Shown piece after piece: positions 27,041 to 36,857 of a DNA stretch of 64,000 nucleotides. The notes beneath the pieces were generated by a model that made no database searches, was not told the DNA's origin, and saw nothing but the letters and a program-made list of their open reading frames with translations. The translations under genes and the position numbers were made by a program. Within the stretch, counting starts at the first letter, position 1. Each line of letters begins with the position of its first letter. The stretch spans positions 608,001-672,000 of the forward strand of contig CAWCRS010000005.1 of the NCBI GenBank assembly GCA_963798085.1, in the 5' to 3' direction. The DNA comes from an uncultured Gemmatimonadales bacterium. GTDB taxonomy: Bacteria; Gemmatimonadota; Gemmatimonadetes; Longimicrobiales; RSA9.

Positions 27041-28347
27041 CAGCGACTCCCCGGCGGACGCACGATCACGATCACACGCGCGCGCCGGTCCAGGCCCTCG
27101 AGCCCGAGCGCTTCCGTCGAAGGATTGCGCAATTCCGGGTCCGGTATCATCGGGTCCACCTCGACGAACCGCAGCCGGCGCCGCATCCAGCCCGGCAGCT
27201 CCCAGCCCAGCTCCATGTCCGCGAGCTGCGCCAGCGACGACGCCGAACGCTGCGACGCCCGCTGCTTCGCCTCGGCCCGCTCGAGCGCGAGCCGCGCCAA
27301 CGCGAAGTTCGCGTCCAGCGTGAGCGCGGCCCGGAAACGCGCCGCAGCCTGCCCCCAGCGGTCCGCGTCATCATCCTCGAGACCGAGGCCGAACGCCAGC
27401 AGCGCCTGCACGTTGTCGGTGGGATGCTGCAGCACCCGCTCCCGCTCCGCCACGGTAAGTTGCACGCCGAGCGCACTGTACACACCCAGCGCCACCTGCT
27501 TCTCCAGATCGAACAGCCGGCTCAGCTGACCCTGCTGCTCGAGCGGCGCACCGCTCGTGTCGCGACCCGCGAGCACGCTGATAACACGCGCGTTGACGGA
27601 GAGCGCACTGGCGGAACCCTGGAGCTGACCCTGCACGATGCGCCCGGCGCCGACCATGTGGCCGGCGCGCGCACCGGTGGCCGGATCGACGGCGCCCGTC
27701 GCGGCCAGTCGCAGCTCGTCAAGCAGATACTGCACACGCGCTCGCTCCACAATGGTGATGCGATCGGTGAGCGCGAGATCCGTGGAAAGCAGCTCCGCGA
27801 AGGCACGGCCCAGCGGCGCGAGGGACGAATCCGCCCCCGCATAGAGGAAGGGAAACACACCGAGCGCGCGCGCGTCGGGCACGCTGGCCTGCAGCGCCGC
27901 CTCCTGCGCAATCGCGTCGTGCACGGCCTGCTCCAGCTCACGACGCTCGAGCAGCACAATCCGATCGCGTGCCGCACGTTCGAGATCGGGCGGACCGCCA
28001 CTGCCCAGAAAATCCTGATACGCCTGCCTCGCCTCCGTGAGACGACCACTCTCCTCGCAGGAAAGCCCGAGCAGGAACAGGGCGGCCGGGTCCCGCGAGC
28101 CGCCCGCCGTGACCTGCTGCAGCAGCGGGACCGCGGCGGCGGGGCGACCACTGGCGCGATAGGCGGCCGCGAGTCGTATGCGCCGATCCGTGTTCGCGCC
28201 GCGCCCCAGATCCGCCTCCAGCGCGGCGACGCGCTGCGGCGAGGGCGGGCGTCCGGGCACCACGCCAGCACTACACGCGCAAAACAGGATCAACAGGGGG
28301 ACCGGCCAGGCACTGCGTCGAGGAGCGACGTATCGAGAGAGCGTCAT
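27040..28347 (-). CDS. TPR plus CsgG/HfaB/FlgO-like domain lipoprotein
   Basis: Lipobox-like FCAC, TPR helices, and ALGVFPF..LGRAFAELLSTDL..ITIVERARVQYLLDEL..ARAGHMVGAGRIVQG. Confidence 0.8.
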   Translation of the reverse strand: MTLSRYVAPRRSAWPVPLLILFCACSAGVVPGRPPSPQRVAALEADLGRGANTDRRIRLAAAYRASGRPAAAVPLLQQVTAGGSRDPAALFLLGLSCEESGRLTEARQAYQDFLGSGGPPDLERAARDRIVLLERRELEQAVHDAIAQEAALQASVPDARALGVFPFLYAGADSSLAPLGRAFAELLSTDLALTDRITIVERARVQYLLDELRLAATGAVDPATGARAGHMVGAGRIVQGQLQGSASALSVNARVISVLAGRDTSGAPLEQQGQLSRLFDLEKQVALGVYSALGVQLTVAERERVLQHPTDNVQALLAFGLGLEDDDADRWGQAAARFRAALTLDANFALARLALERAEAKQRASQRSASSLAQLADMELGWELPGWMRRRLRFVEVDPMIPDPELRNPSTEALGLEGLDRRARVIVIVRPPGSR

Positions 28348-28438
28348 CACGTTGTGGTTGGAGCCGTTGCGGCCCGCGATCACCGCGTCCTACGGGGACC
28401 GCGCAACCTAGAGGGTCCGGGTGCTCGCCACAAGGCTC

Positions 28439-28483
28439 TTGACCGGCGTTCGAGGCAAGCCAAATTGGTAACCATATGGTTAC
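28439..28483 (+). promoter_or_regulatory. Promoter and 16-bp palindromic operator over the ArsR start codon
   Basis: TTGACC at 28439; perfect palindrome GTAACCATATGGTTAC at 28468-28483. Confidence 0.72.
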
Positions 28484-28868
28484 TGATAAGGCATTCCGCG
28501 CACTCGCCGACCCGACACGACGCGCGCTGCTCGACCGGTTGCAGGCGGGCGGGCAGCCGGTGCACGAGCTGGCGCGGCACTTCCCCGTGAGCCGGCCGGC
28601 GATCTCGAAGCATCTGCGCCTGCTGCGCGAGGCCGGCCTGGTGGTGGAGCGGCCGGCCGGGCGGGAGGTTTTCTACGAGCTGAATGCGGAGCAGCTCAAG
28701 GATGTCGATGACTGGCTGGCCTCGTACCGCCGCTTCTGGCAGACGCGGCTGGTGCGGCTGAAGGAGCATGTGGAGCGGAAGCAGATCCAGCGTGGTGTCA
28801 CGGAAGACGGCGGACGGCGAACCGCGGGGCGCGCGAAGCGCACCGCCCGGACAGGAGGCGAGGCATGA
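28476..28868 (+). CDS. ArsR/SmtB-family transcriptional regulator
   Basis: FRALADPTRRALL..VSRPAISKHLRLLREAGLV. Confidence 0.92.
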   Translation: MVTDKAFRALADPTRRALLDRLQAGGQPVHELARHFPVSRPAISKHLRLLREAGLVVERPAGREVFYELNAEQLKDVDDWLASYRRFWQTRLVRLKEHVERKQIQRGVTEDGGRRTAGRAKRTARTGGEA

Positions 28869-29347
28869 CGGAGCGAGCGGGTGCGGCAGTGCGCAACGTG
28901 GTGGTGGAGATCGACATCGAAGCGCCGGCGGCGGAGGTGTTCGAGGCTCTGGTCGATCCCGACGCGGTGGTGCAGTGGTGGGCGGATGACGGCAATGGCT
29001 ATCGCTGCACGCGTTTCCGCTCGGAGCGGCGCGCGGGCGGTTCCTGGTGGAGCGAGCATCGCGGCGCGGGCGATGCGCCCGTGTGCATCCTGGCCGGCGA
29101 ATACATGGCGTACGAGCCGCCAAGCCGGCTGGCGTTCACGTGGCGCTTCGAGCGCTACACGGCGGCCTTCGAGGCGCTGCCGGAGAGCACGGTGACGATC
29201 CTGCTGCAGGCACGCGGTGATGCGACGCACGTGCAGCTGACGCACGCGGGTCTGACGGATGCGAAGCAGGCAGCCGATCACGAGGCTGGCTGGCATGCGG
29301 CGCTGCGCGGGCTCGAGCGTCACGTGATGCACGCGCGACCGGTCTGA
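28865..29347 (+). CDS. SRPBCC/AHSA1 domain protein
   Basis: EIDIEAPAAEVFEALVDP, EPPSRLAFTW and HEAGW; ATGA overlap. Confidence 0.9.
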   Translation: MTERAGAAVRNVVVEIDIEAPAAEVFEALVDPDAVVQWWADDGNGYRCTRFRSERRAGGSWWSEHRGAGDAPVCILAGEYMAYEPPSRLAFTWRFERYTAAFEALPESTVTILLQARGDATHVQLTHAGLTDAKQAADHEAGWHAALRGLERHVMHARPV

Positions 29348-29395
29348 CACGGATTACAGATTGCAGGCGACGACGCGGCTCGCGGTCTGCGTCGT

Positions 29396-31399
29396 TCAGC
29401 GTGTCTTTCCGTTGGCGCCGGGCGCGGCGGCGTCGGGATTGAAGCCGGCGGCACGCCAGAGCGCTGCACATTCGTACATGCGGCCGTTGGCGATGACCCA
29501 GTGGCCGCGGCGGATGTTGTGGATGTCGGCGAGTGGGTCGGCGTCGAGGATGAGCAGATCGGCGCGTTTCCCGGCCTCGAGAGTGCCCACATCCTGCTGC
29601 AGGCGCATCGCGGTAGCGGGCACGCTGGAGGCGGCCTGCAGTGCCTCGCGGGGCGTGAAGCCGCCCTCGACGTACAGCTCGATTTCGCGCAGCAGGCTCA
29701 TGCCGGGCACACCGTCATCGGTGCCGGCGACGATGGGCACGCCGGCGTCGTGCAGGGCTTTCACGATGGCCAGTCCGTTGCGAACACGGGCGTTAGCAGA
29801 AGCGGAATCCGTGTTGTTGTGCACGCTGCTGTAGCCGGCGACGATGGCCCAGGGCGCGCCCGTGATGCCGGGCTGGAAGCTGGCGATGGGCGTTTCGGGC
29901 GCGTGGCCCAGCAGTTCATTCCACGACTGCGTGGGATCGATGACGGTGTGGTGCTGCGCCAGGAAGGCAATGGCGCGCTGCGCTTCGGGTGAGCCGGCCT
30001 GCCCGCGCACGGGCTGGTGCGCGACATGGTCCATGCCGGAATCCACGGCGGCCTCGAGCGTGAGCGCGCGCGGGATGTGACCGGTGACGGTCATGCCCAG
30101 CTCGTGGGCCCGGCGGATGATGGCGCCGACGACGTCGGGCTCGAGCAGCGTGTAGAGCTTCATCTGCTGGAAGCCGGCCTGGTGATAACGCTCGACTACG
30201 GCGCGTCCTTCTTCGGGCGTGGCGGCGGTGACGTCGCCGAAGGCGCCGGGTCCGGGACCATCGACGAGGCCGGCCAGCAGCATGCGCGGACCGGGGCCGC
30301 GTCCCTCCTGCAGTGCGTCGCGGAAGGCGGTGAGGAAAGGCAGCTCGCCGCCCATGTCACGCATGGTGGTGACGCCCGCGGCCAGATAGGCGGGCCCCCA
30401 TTCGATCTGGCCGGCGTGCGTGTGCATGTCCCAGAGGCCCGGCACAATGGTGCGGCCGTGCACGTCAATGACACGCACGCCCGCGGGCACGGCGACGCGG
30501 CCGGCCGGCCCGATCGCGGCTATGCGGCCGTCGCGGATGATAACCGTGGCGTTAGCAAGAGGCGGGCGGTCGGTGCCATCGAGCACGCGCCCGCCGACCA
30601 GCGCGAAGCTGCCCTGCGCAACAGGCGGCACATCACGACCGAGCTGGGCGAAATCGCGCATGCGATCGCGAATCGCGCTGGCCTGCAGCGCGGGCAGCAG
30701 CGGGGCCAGCTCCTCGCGAATCCCTTCGAAGGGCAACAGGCTGGCGCGCGTCAGCAGCGCGGCGAGTCGTCCATTCTGATCCAGCCAGAGCGCTTCCCTG
30801 CCCCATGCTACGCCGGCAACGGAGTAACGGCGCAGTTGCAGCACGCGACGATCCAGGCGCAGCGTATCTTCGCCCCGGTACTCGATCATCACATCGTTGA
30901 TGGGTTGTGCCGGGATGGTGGCGAGGTGACGTGGGCGCCCGTGCATCTCCCAGTAGCGCACCAGCAGTGCCTGGGCCGCGAAGGGCATGGGGCCGGGCAG
31001 AGCGAAAAAGGTCGCCGGCAGGCGCACCTGCATGGAGTCGCCGAGACTCTGCACGGACGCGCTGCCGCCGTTCACGGAGATGTCGGACGCGATGTTGATG
31101 AAGCGATAGGTCTTGCCGTGCGCGTGCATCGCTCGCGGTGTGAGATCAGGGGCGAGGCGCAGCGTCGACGCGAGGCGCACATCGCCCCCGCGGTCGAGGA
31201 AGTGGAAGTCATCGGTGAGCACGAGCGTGTCACCGGCGTGCTGCAGCGTGTAGTGCTCCTGGCCGATGGCGTGTGCGAGGTAGTGCAGCCGGATGGTGCC
31301 GCTGTCGGTCGCGACCGCGGCCTGCGCGCGGACGGCGTGCGCGCGAATCCCGCCGATGATGCATGCCGCGAGCAGCGCGCGGGCGGCGCGTGCGTGCAA
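29396..31399 (-). CDS. Secreted amidohydrolase-family protein with N-terminal beta domain
   Basis: GGAGG then TTG at 31399; PGLWDMHTH, K, H, H and AGTD metal ligands; GTLEAGKRADL. Confidence 0.88.
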   Translation of the reverse strand: MHARAARALLAACIIGGIRAHAVRAQAAVATDSGTIRLHYLAHAIGQEHYTLQHAGDTLVLTDDFHFLDRGGDVRLASTLRLAPDLTPRAMHAHGKTYRFINIASDISVNGGSASVQSLGDSMQVRLPATFFALPGPMPFAAQALLVRYWEMHGRPRHLATIPAQPINDVMIEYRGEDTLRLDRRVLQLRRYSVAGVAWGREALWLDQNGRLAALLTRASLLPFEGIREELAPLLPALQASAIRDRMRDFAQLGRDVPPVAQGSFALVGGRVLDGTDRPPLANATVIIRDGRIAAIGPAGRVAVPAGVRVIDVHGRTIVPGLWDMHTHAGQIEWGPAYLAAGVTTMRDMGGELPFLTAFRDALQEGRGPGPRMLLAGLVDGPGPGAFGDVTAATPEEGRAVVERYHQAGFQQMKLYTLLEPDVVGAIIRRAHELGMTVTGHIPRALTLEAAVDSGMDHVAHQPVRGQAGSPEAQRAIAFLAQHHTVIDPTQSWNELLGHAPETPIASFQPGITGAPWAIVAGYSSVHNNTDSASANARVRNGLAIVKALHDAGVPIVAGTDDGVPGMSLLREIELYVEGGFTPREALQAASSVPATAMRLQQDVGTLEAGKRADLLILDADPLADIHNIRRGHWVIANGRMYECAALWRAAGFNPDAAAPGANGKTR

Positions 31400-31849
31400 A
31401 TCTGCCTCCAGTGTGCGAGTCCGGGAATAATGCGTGTGAAGCGGCGGGCGGGGAAAGACATGGTGAAGTCGCGCCCGGTCACGACGAGAGAGTCGCTCAT
31501 CCCCGGGGGCCGGCAACCATGCCTGGTCGCGGGTAGTGTCGGTGGCTGGGCGGGCCGAGGTCGCGGAGGGCTCCGGAGAGTGGTGTTGCGGCCGTGCGAT
31601 GGGGCGTGCGCTTGCATCGCAATATCGTTCTAGCGGCATCGTGTGACTGGCTGTCAGGCTTCGGGGCGCAACGTGCGATGCGGGACCAGAGGCAGGTGGC
31701 GCATCACACTCCGCAGTTGCGCGGCGCGGAGGTGCGCGGCGCGCTGCTGCGTGGCCGCGTTGCTGCGTGGCCGCGATCGCGAGTGAGGGCCAGCGGTTGT
31801 GTGAGCGGAAACGGGAACAGGGGGATGGATGGAACGGCAGAACCGAGTG

Positions 31850-33706
31850 ATGACGCGGGTGTTGGCTGGAGTTGCCGGGTGCTGGCGGCGTAGAGCTGCA
31901 CTCTGGGTAGTAGCATCGGTGCTTGCGGGGTGCGGGAGGGGGTCCGGGGCGGAGCCGGTGCTGGGGATGTTCCGTGGTGGGCCGGAGCACACGGGGACGT
32001 ACGCGGCGCCGGCGGGCAGTGCCTACGGGGGCATTGCGTGGCGCTTCGCGACGCGTGGACCGATCCGGTCTTCGCCGGTGGTGGTGCGCGATCGCGTGTA
32101 CGTGGGCAGTGGCGATGGCGCAGCGTACGCGCTGGACGCGAACACGGGCGCATTGGTCTGGCGCACGGATCTGGGGAGCAGTGCCGATGGCTCGCCGGCG
32201 GTCACGGCGACGCGTGTGTTCATCACCACTCGCCTGGGGCGCTGCTTCGCGCTGGACCGGGCGACGGGCCGGGTGGTGTGGGAGTACCAGAGCGGGCCGC
32301 CGGCGAAGCTGGCGTGGGGTTTCGAGAGCGGCGACGTGTACACGTCGTCTCCCGTGCCGGCAGGCGGGCTGGTGGTGTTCGGCGCGCGTGACGGCTATGT
32401 GCACGCGCTGGACGCGGCGGGCGGCAGCGAGCGCTGGCGGTTCCGGACCGGGGGTCGCGTCGTGTCGTCGCCTGCAGTCTCTTCCAACACGGTGTTTGCG
32501 GGCAGCATGGATGGCAGCCTCTACGCGCTGCGGCTGGAATCGGGCGAGCCGCTGTGGCGCTTCGACACGCAGGGGCACAGCCTCAATTCCGGCGATTTCG
32601 GCTTCGACCGCAGAACCATCCAGTCATTGCCGGCGGTGGCGGACGGCGTGGTCTACTTCGGCGCGAAGGACGGCAATGTCTACGCGGTGGACGCCGCGGG
32701 CGGGCAGGAGAAGTGGCATTTCTCGCACGATGGCTCGTGGGCTGTCACATCCCCGTCGGTCAGCGATAATGTGGTGTTTGCGGGTTCCTCGGACGCGCAT
32801 TTCATTCAGGCGCTGGCGGCGCCCGCTGGCGAGGAGACGTGGCACACGCCCACCAGCGCCGCGGTCTGGGCATCGCCCGCGGTGGCGGGTGAGCTGGTCT
32901 ATTTCATGGAAACGCAGGGGCGTCTGATCGCGGCAGACCGGGCCACGGGCCAGGCGCGCTGGACGCTGCAGCTGCCCGCGCCCACGATGGGCTCGCCGGT
33001 ACCGGCCGGAAACCAGCTGCTGGTGGCGGCGCGCAACGATCTCTACGCCATCCGGCTGACCCGGGCGCCGCTGCAGCGCGCGGTCTTCTGGGACAGCACG
33101 CTGCTGCGGCAGGGCTGGAGCAGTGTGCATTGGGAGCTGCGCGACTATCTGCGCGACAACGGCTATCAGGTGCTGGGCACACCGGGACTGCTCTCGTTCC
33201 TCGCACAGCGCACCGCGGATCGCGCGCCGAGTGTGATCGTGTTCGCACTGGACGCACTGCCGGAAGCCGCGGCGGATTCGACGACGCGGCCGTTGCGCAA
33301 CTATCTGGATGCGGGGGGCAAGGTGGTGTGGGTCGGCGTGCCCCCGCTGATCTGGCCGCGCGACCCGACAACCGGCGCCGTCTCGTACGACGGCATCAAC
33401 CGCGCGGCCACGGAGAAGCTGCTGGGTGTGAATCATTCGACTGCGCAGTTCGACCGCTTCGGTTCCCTGCTCACGCCTGCGGGTGAGCAATGGGGTCTCG
33501 AGGGTGGCTGGATGGCCGACTGGGCTGTTCCCGCGGACGCCGTCACGACACCACTGGCACTGGATGAGAACGGCAACGCGGTGGCGTGGCTGAAGAACTA
33601 TGGTGGCGGGCCGGGCACCGGGTTTCTGCGTCTGCCCACGAGCGCGGCGATCAACCACTACGACCAGGTGCGCGCCGTGGCGGAGGCGTTTCCGGTCACG
33701 CGCTGA
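31850..33706 (+). CDS. PQQ-like (BamB-type) beta-propeller repeat lipoprotein with extra C-terminal domain
   Basis: LAGC lipobox; repeated SSP.V..VY.GS.DG..YALDA.TG..W units. Confidence 0.88.
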   Translation: MTRVLAGVAGCWRRRAALWVVASVLAGCGRGSGAEPVLGMFRGGPEHTGTYAAPAGSAYGGIAWRFATRGPIRSSPVVVRDRVYVGSGDGAAYALDANTGALVWRTDLGSSADGSPAVTATRVFITTRLGRCFALDRATGRVVWEYQSGPPAKLAWGFESGDVYTSSPVPAGGLVVFGARDGYVHALDAAGGSERWRFRTGGRVVSSPAVSSNTVFAGSMDGSLYALRLESGEPLWRFDTQGHSLNSGDFGFDRRTIQSLPAVADGVVYFGAKDGNVYAVDAAGGQEKWHFSHDGSWAVTSPSVSDNVVFAGSSDAHFIQALAAPAGEETWHTPTSAAVWASPAVAGELVYFMETQGRLIAADRATGQARWTLQLPAPTMGSPVPAGNQLLVAARNDLYAIRLTRAPLQRAVFWDSTLLRQGWSSVHWELRDYLRDNGYQVLGTPGLLSFLAQRTADRAPSVIVFALDALPEAAADSTTRPLRNYLDAGGKVVWVGVPPLIWPRDPTTGAVSYDGINRAATEKLLGVNHSTAQFDRFGSLLTPAGEQWGLEGGWMADWAVPADAVTTPLALDENGNAVAWLKNYGGGPGTGFLRLPTSAAINHYDQVRAVAEAFPVTR

Positions 33707-33787
33707 TCCTAACCGCGTGTCAGATGGTCAGGGCCGCCGACAGAGCGGCCTGCGTGCGGCCATTGGGTACCCGCTGGGTGTGCGGGC

Positions 33788-34240
33788 TCAGGCTCCGAAC
33801 TGGCGCAGGTGATGGTGCGCGTGGCGCCAACCCCAGCGCAGCCATTCCTTCTGACTCAGTCTGCCGAACACGGGATGCTCGGCGGCGGCATTGATGGTGC
33901 GCGTGAAGCGCTCGATCAGCCGCTCGAGGTCCACGACATCGTGCGCGAAGACGGCGGGCGGTGTGCCGCCCGCGAGCTGGTCCATCTCGGGCCTCGTGGG
34001 ATAGCCATGGGGCCAGGGCAGCGGCACCCAGAGCGCGCCCCATTTGAGGACGGTGCGCGTGAACAGGCCGCCCGCGTGCGATGCTTCCTTCTCGCCCAGC
34101 CCCAGACGGAACGCATTGCTCAGGTGGCAGACCATCTGGTGCGCGTTCATGCGGCCCCAGCGGCGAGGCGTGGCTGGCGTCAGCCGCCGCAGGCGCTGCA
34201 GCAGCAGTGTCCGGTCCGCGGTGTCAGCGAGTGTGCGCAT
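33788..34240 (-). CDS. DUF1569/DinB-superfamily protein
   Basis: WGRMNAHQMVCHL and HPVFGRLS..EW....HAHHHLRQFG. Confidence 0.88.
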   Translation of the reverse strand: MRTLADTADRTLLLQRLRRLTPATPRRWGRMNAHQMVCHLSNAFRLGLGEKEASHAGGLFTRTVLKWGALWVPLPWPHGYPTRPEMDQLAGGTPPAVFAHDVVDLERLIERFTRTINAAAEHPVFGRLSQKEWLRWGWRHAHHHLRQFGA

Positions 34241-34476
34241 GCGCGTGCCGGGCGGAAGCCAGCGGCTGCGGCCGCACCGCTTCGGGGTGGGCAGGACTCG
34301 CGGAAACTGCGCAGCGGTGCAGCGCGTTGCGCAGTCGTGAAGACCGTAGAGCGTTCATGACCTGAGGGTACGCCCCGCACGCTGGCTCCGCAATTGCTCG
34401 CCGCCGAGCCTTGTCGCGACAGCCAATCGCATTGAGTATGATGGGCCCTCACGCCCCGGCGGGCCCGGGGGCGACC

Positions 34477-35730
34477 ATGCCGCGACGCCTGCGGGAGGCC
34501 ATCGCCTTGCGCGCACACCTGCTGATCGCCGCCCTGCTGCTGGGGTGCACTAACACGAGTCACGGCACGCGCTGGGACGGCACTGTGCGCGACAGCAGTG
34601 GTGTGGCGATTGTCGAGAATGGCGGGCATGGCCTGTGGCCGGACTCGCTGGCCTGGCGCACGGGCGATGCACTGAGCATCGGCCGCACGGAAGGCGACAG
34701 CGCGTACCTTTTCGGCCGCGTCGTGGACGTTGCCGTGGATGGGCAGCGCGACCTGCTGGTGCTCGACCAGCTGGCGCAGCGGGTGCGCTATTTCGACGCG
34801 AGCGGCCGCTTCCTGCACGCGGCGGGCCGTCCGGGCAAGGGGCCGGGCGAACTGAGCGCGTACGCCAATGCCGTGCTGCTCGGCAAAGGCGACACGCTGT
34901 ATGTGCCCGATTCCGTGCAACGCCGCATCAATGTCTATGGACCGAACGGCGGCTTCGTGCGCGACATTGCCATCGATGCACGGCCGGGCGGCCAGAGCTG
35001 GGCACTGCTGCCGGACGGCCGATTCCTCTTCCGCGGTCTCGCGCTGAGCCGTGATGCGCAGGGCCAGTTCCAGACATGGGATGGGCTGCTCACTACCGCA
35101 GTTGCGGGGCAGATCGACACGATTGCGCCGTTCGACTACGCACGCTCGCCGCTGGGCGGACCGGGCGCGCCACGGGTTCCGCTCATCGTGAACGCCGCAT
35201 TATGGGCACGACTGGATGACGGACGCATCGCGTGGTCATCACTGGACCGCAGCGAGATCCTGGTGCTGGACGCGCAGGGCCGGCTGCAGCGCATCATCCG
35301 CCATCGCCTGTGGCAGCGCAGGCCGCTCACGGCGGGAGACCGCGACGCGCTGCGCGAGCTGCTGCGCCGCAAGCTCACCCTGATCGGCGGCAATGCCAAT
35401 GGTATCGCCAAACTCGACCTTATCTACGACGCGCAGCTTCCAGCGTTCACGGCCCTGCAGGGAGGACCGGACCACACGCTCTGGGTGCAGCTCATGGGCG
35501 ACGTCTCGACGATCGACCCCATGGCGGTCAACGCCACCGATCGAACGGGCTGGCTGGGTGGTCCGCAGTGGCAGGTAATGGACGGCGCTGGACGATTCCT
35601 GGGAGAGGTGACAGTGCCGCCCCGCGTCTGTGTGATGCGCGTCACCAGCGACGCCGTGTATGGCGTGCAGAAGGACGCGCAGGATGTGGAGCACGTGGTG
35701 CGGCTGGAGCTGAGGCGAGGCCGCCGCTGA
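34477..35730 (+). CDS. 6-bladed beta-propeller (NHL/TolB-like) lipoprotein
   Basis: LLGC lipobox, VRDSSGVAIVEN and GRPGKGPGE; C-terminal D..DVE.V.R. Confidence 0.8.
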   Translation: MPRRLREAIALRAHLLIAALLLGCTNTSHGTRWDGTVRDSSGVAIVENGGHGLWPDSLAWRTGDALSIGRTEGDSAYLFGRVVDVAVDGQRDLLVLDQLAQRVRYFDASGRFLHAAGRPGKGPGELSAYANAVLLGKGDTLYVPDSVQRRINVYGPNGGFVRDIAIDARPGGQSWALLPDGRFLFRGLALSRDAQGQFQTWDGLLTTAVAGQIDTIAPFDYARSPLGGPGAPRVPLIVNAALWARLDDGRIAWSSLDRSEILVLDAQGRLQRIIRHRLWQRRPLTAGDRDALRELLRRKLTLIGGNANGIAKLDLIYDAQLPAFTALQGGPDHTLWVQLMGDVSTIDPMAVNATDRTGWLGGPQWQVMDGAGRFLGEVTVPPRVCVMRVTSDAVYGVQKDAQDVEHVVRLELRRGRR

Positions 35731-35788
35731 TCGCACCCAGGCGCCGCCTCAGTGACAGGTGGCGCTGGTCGCGTGCGTGGAGTCATCC

Positions 35789-36298
35789 TCAATGGTCTGG
35801 CCGCGCACGTGGAAGCCCTGCGAAGCGGGAGATGTTCAGCTGGTACGTGCCACTGCCGCCGCAGCTGGCGCCCCAATCCCGTGTTATGGCCAGCCGATAG
35901 GTACCCGTCTGCGCAATGGGAAACCCGTCGACGTGTTCTCCGGCCGTGTACAGCGAGCAGTTGCTGGCACTGATGCAGCGCAGCTCACTGGCGTCCCCGG
36001 TCAGCAGGTTGATGCCGCCCAGCTGCACACCCGGTCCGTAGAGTGCGATCTGGGCGACGGACCCCTGACTCACGGCGTTCACGCGAAGGCTGAGCGTCGT
36101 GCCAACCGTCAGGTCCAGATCGAAGACATCCTGACAGCTCACGCTGTCGGCGCACACCCAGCCGAAGTCGCCGACGTACGTGGTGACCTCCCCGTTGCCA
36201 TCGCTGGGCGATGCTTTCGAGGAACATGCGGCCAGCAGCAATGCCACGCTGATTCCTGCCAGCACTGACAAGAACAGGCGTATCGACGGCGCGCGCAT
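35789..36298 (-). CDS. Small Cys-containing lipoprotein with a PPC-like beta domain
   Basis: GAAGGAG RBS, LAAC lipobox and TGTYRLAI..GTYQLNI. Confidence 0.7.
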   Translation of the reverse strand: MRAPSIRLFLSVLAGISVALLLAACSSKASPSDGNGEVTTYVGDFGWVCADSVSCQDVFDLDLTVGTTLSLRVNAVSQGSVAQIALYGPGVQLGGINLLTGDASELRCISASNCSLYTAGEHVDGFPIAQTGTYRLAITRDWGASCGGSGTYQLNISRFAGLPRARPDH

Positions 36299-36330
36299 CA
36301 CGGATTCTCCTTCCGTGCAACCATGCCAGT

Positions 36331-36706
36331 CTACAGGGAGCGGATCGCGACCAGTGGATCCACGCCCATGGCTCGACGTGCCGGCAACCACGCTGCCAGC
36401 AGGGCAACGCCGCAGAAGAGCAACGCCGTGGCGGCGTACACGAACGGGTCGACACTGGCCAGCACGAAGCCGAACAGCAGGCTGCCGGCCAGCCGGCTGA
36501 GCGCGAGTGTCAGCAGCAGGCCGATACCGAGTGCGACTGCCGTCAGCCGGAGCACGCTGCCGCCGTTGATCAGGCTGAAGATGATCGTGGCCATGCCAAT
36601 GCCGAGGCCGAGCGTAAGCACGACGGCAATGCTGATGCGCCGGTTGCGCAGCGCGTGACGAAGAGCAGTGCGCATGATGGAGCCCGCTGGCGAGCTCATC
36701 GATCAC
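36331..36706 (-). pseudogene. Internally deleted ADOP permease (first TM fused to last TMs)
   Basis: VVLTLGLGIGMATIIFSLING is joined directly to ..LLFG..DPFVY..AAWLPARRAMGVDPLVAIRS; ORF 36331-36675. Confidence 0.75.
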
Positions 36707-36857
36707 CGCCTGTGAGGATTGGCCCCGTGTGCTCTGCTGCGCCTCATGGCCGGCCTCGAACTCGACCCGGCACGCGCTGCACCTTGCGCGCGGCGGCCGG
36801 AAAGTGTTCAGCGCGCCAGCCGTCCACAAGATGCACGGGGCCGTGCGCCGGCCCGGA

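Noticed and set aside
31400..32578. N-terminal extension making the amidohydrolase 1060 aa
   Set aside because: It overlaps the divergent PQQ-repeat gene, and a TTG start with GGAGG at 31399 precedes a signal peptide.
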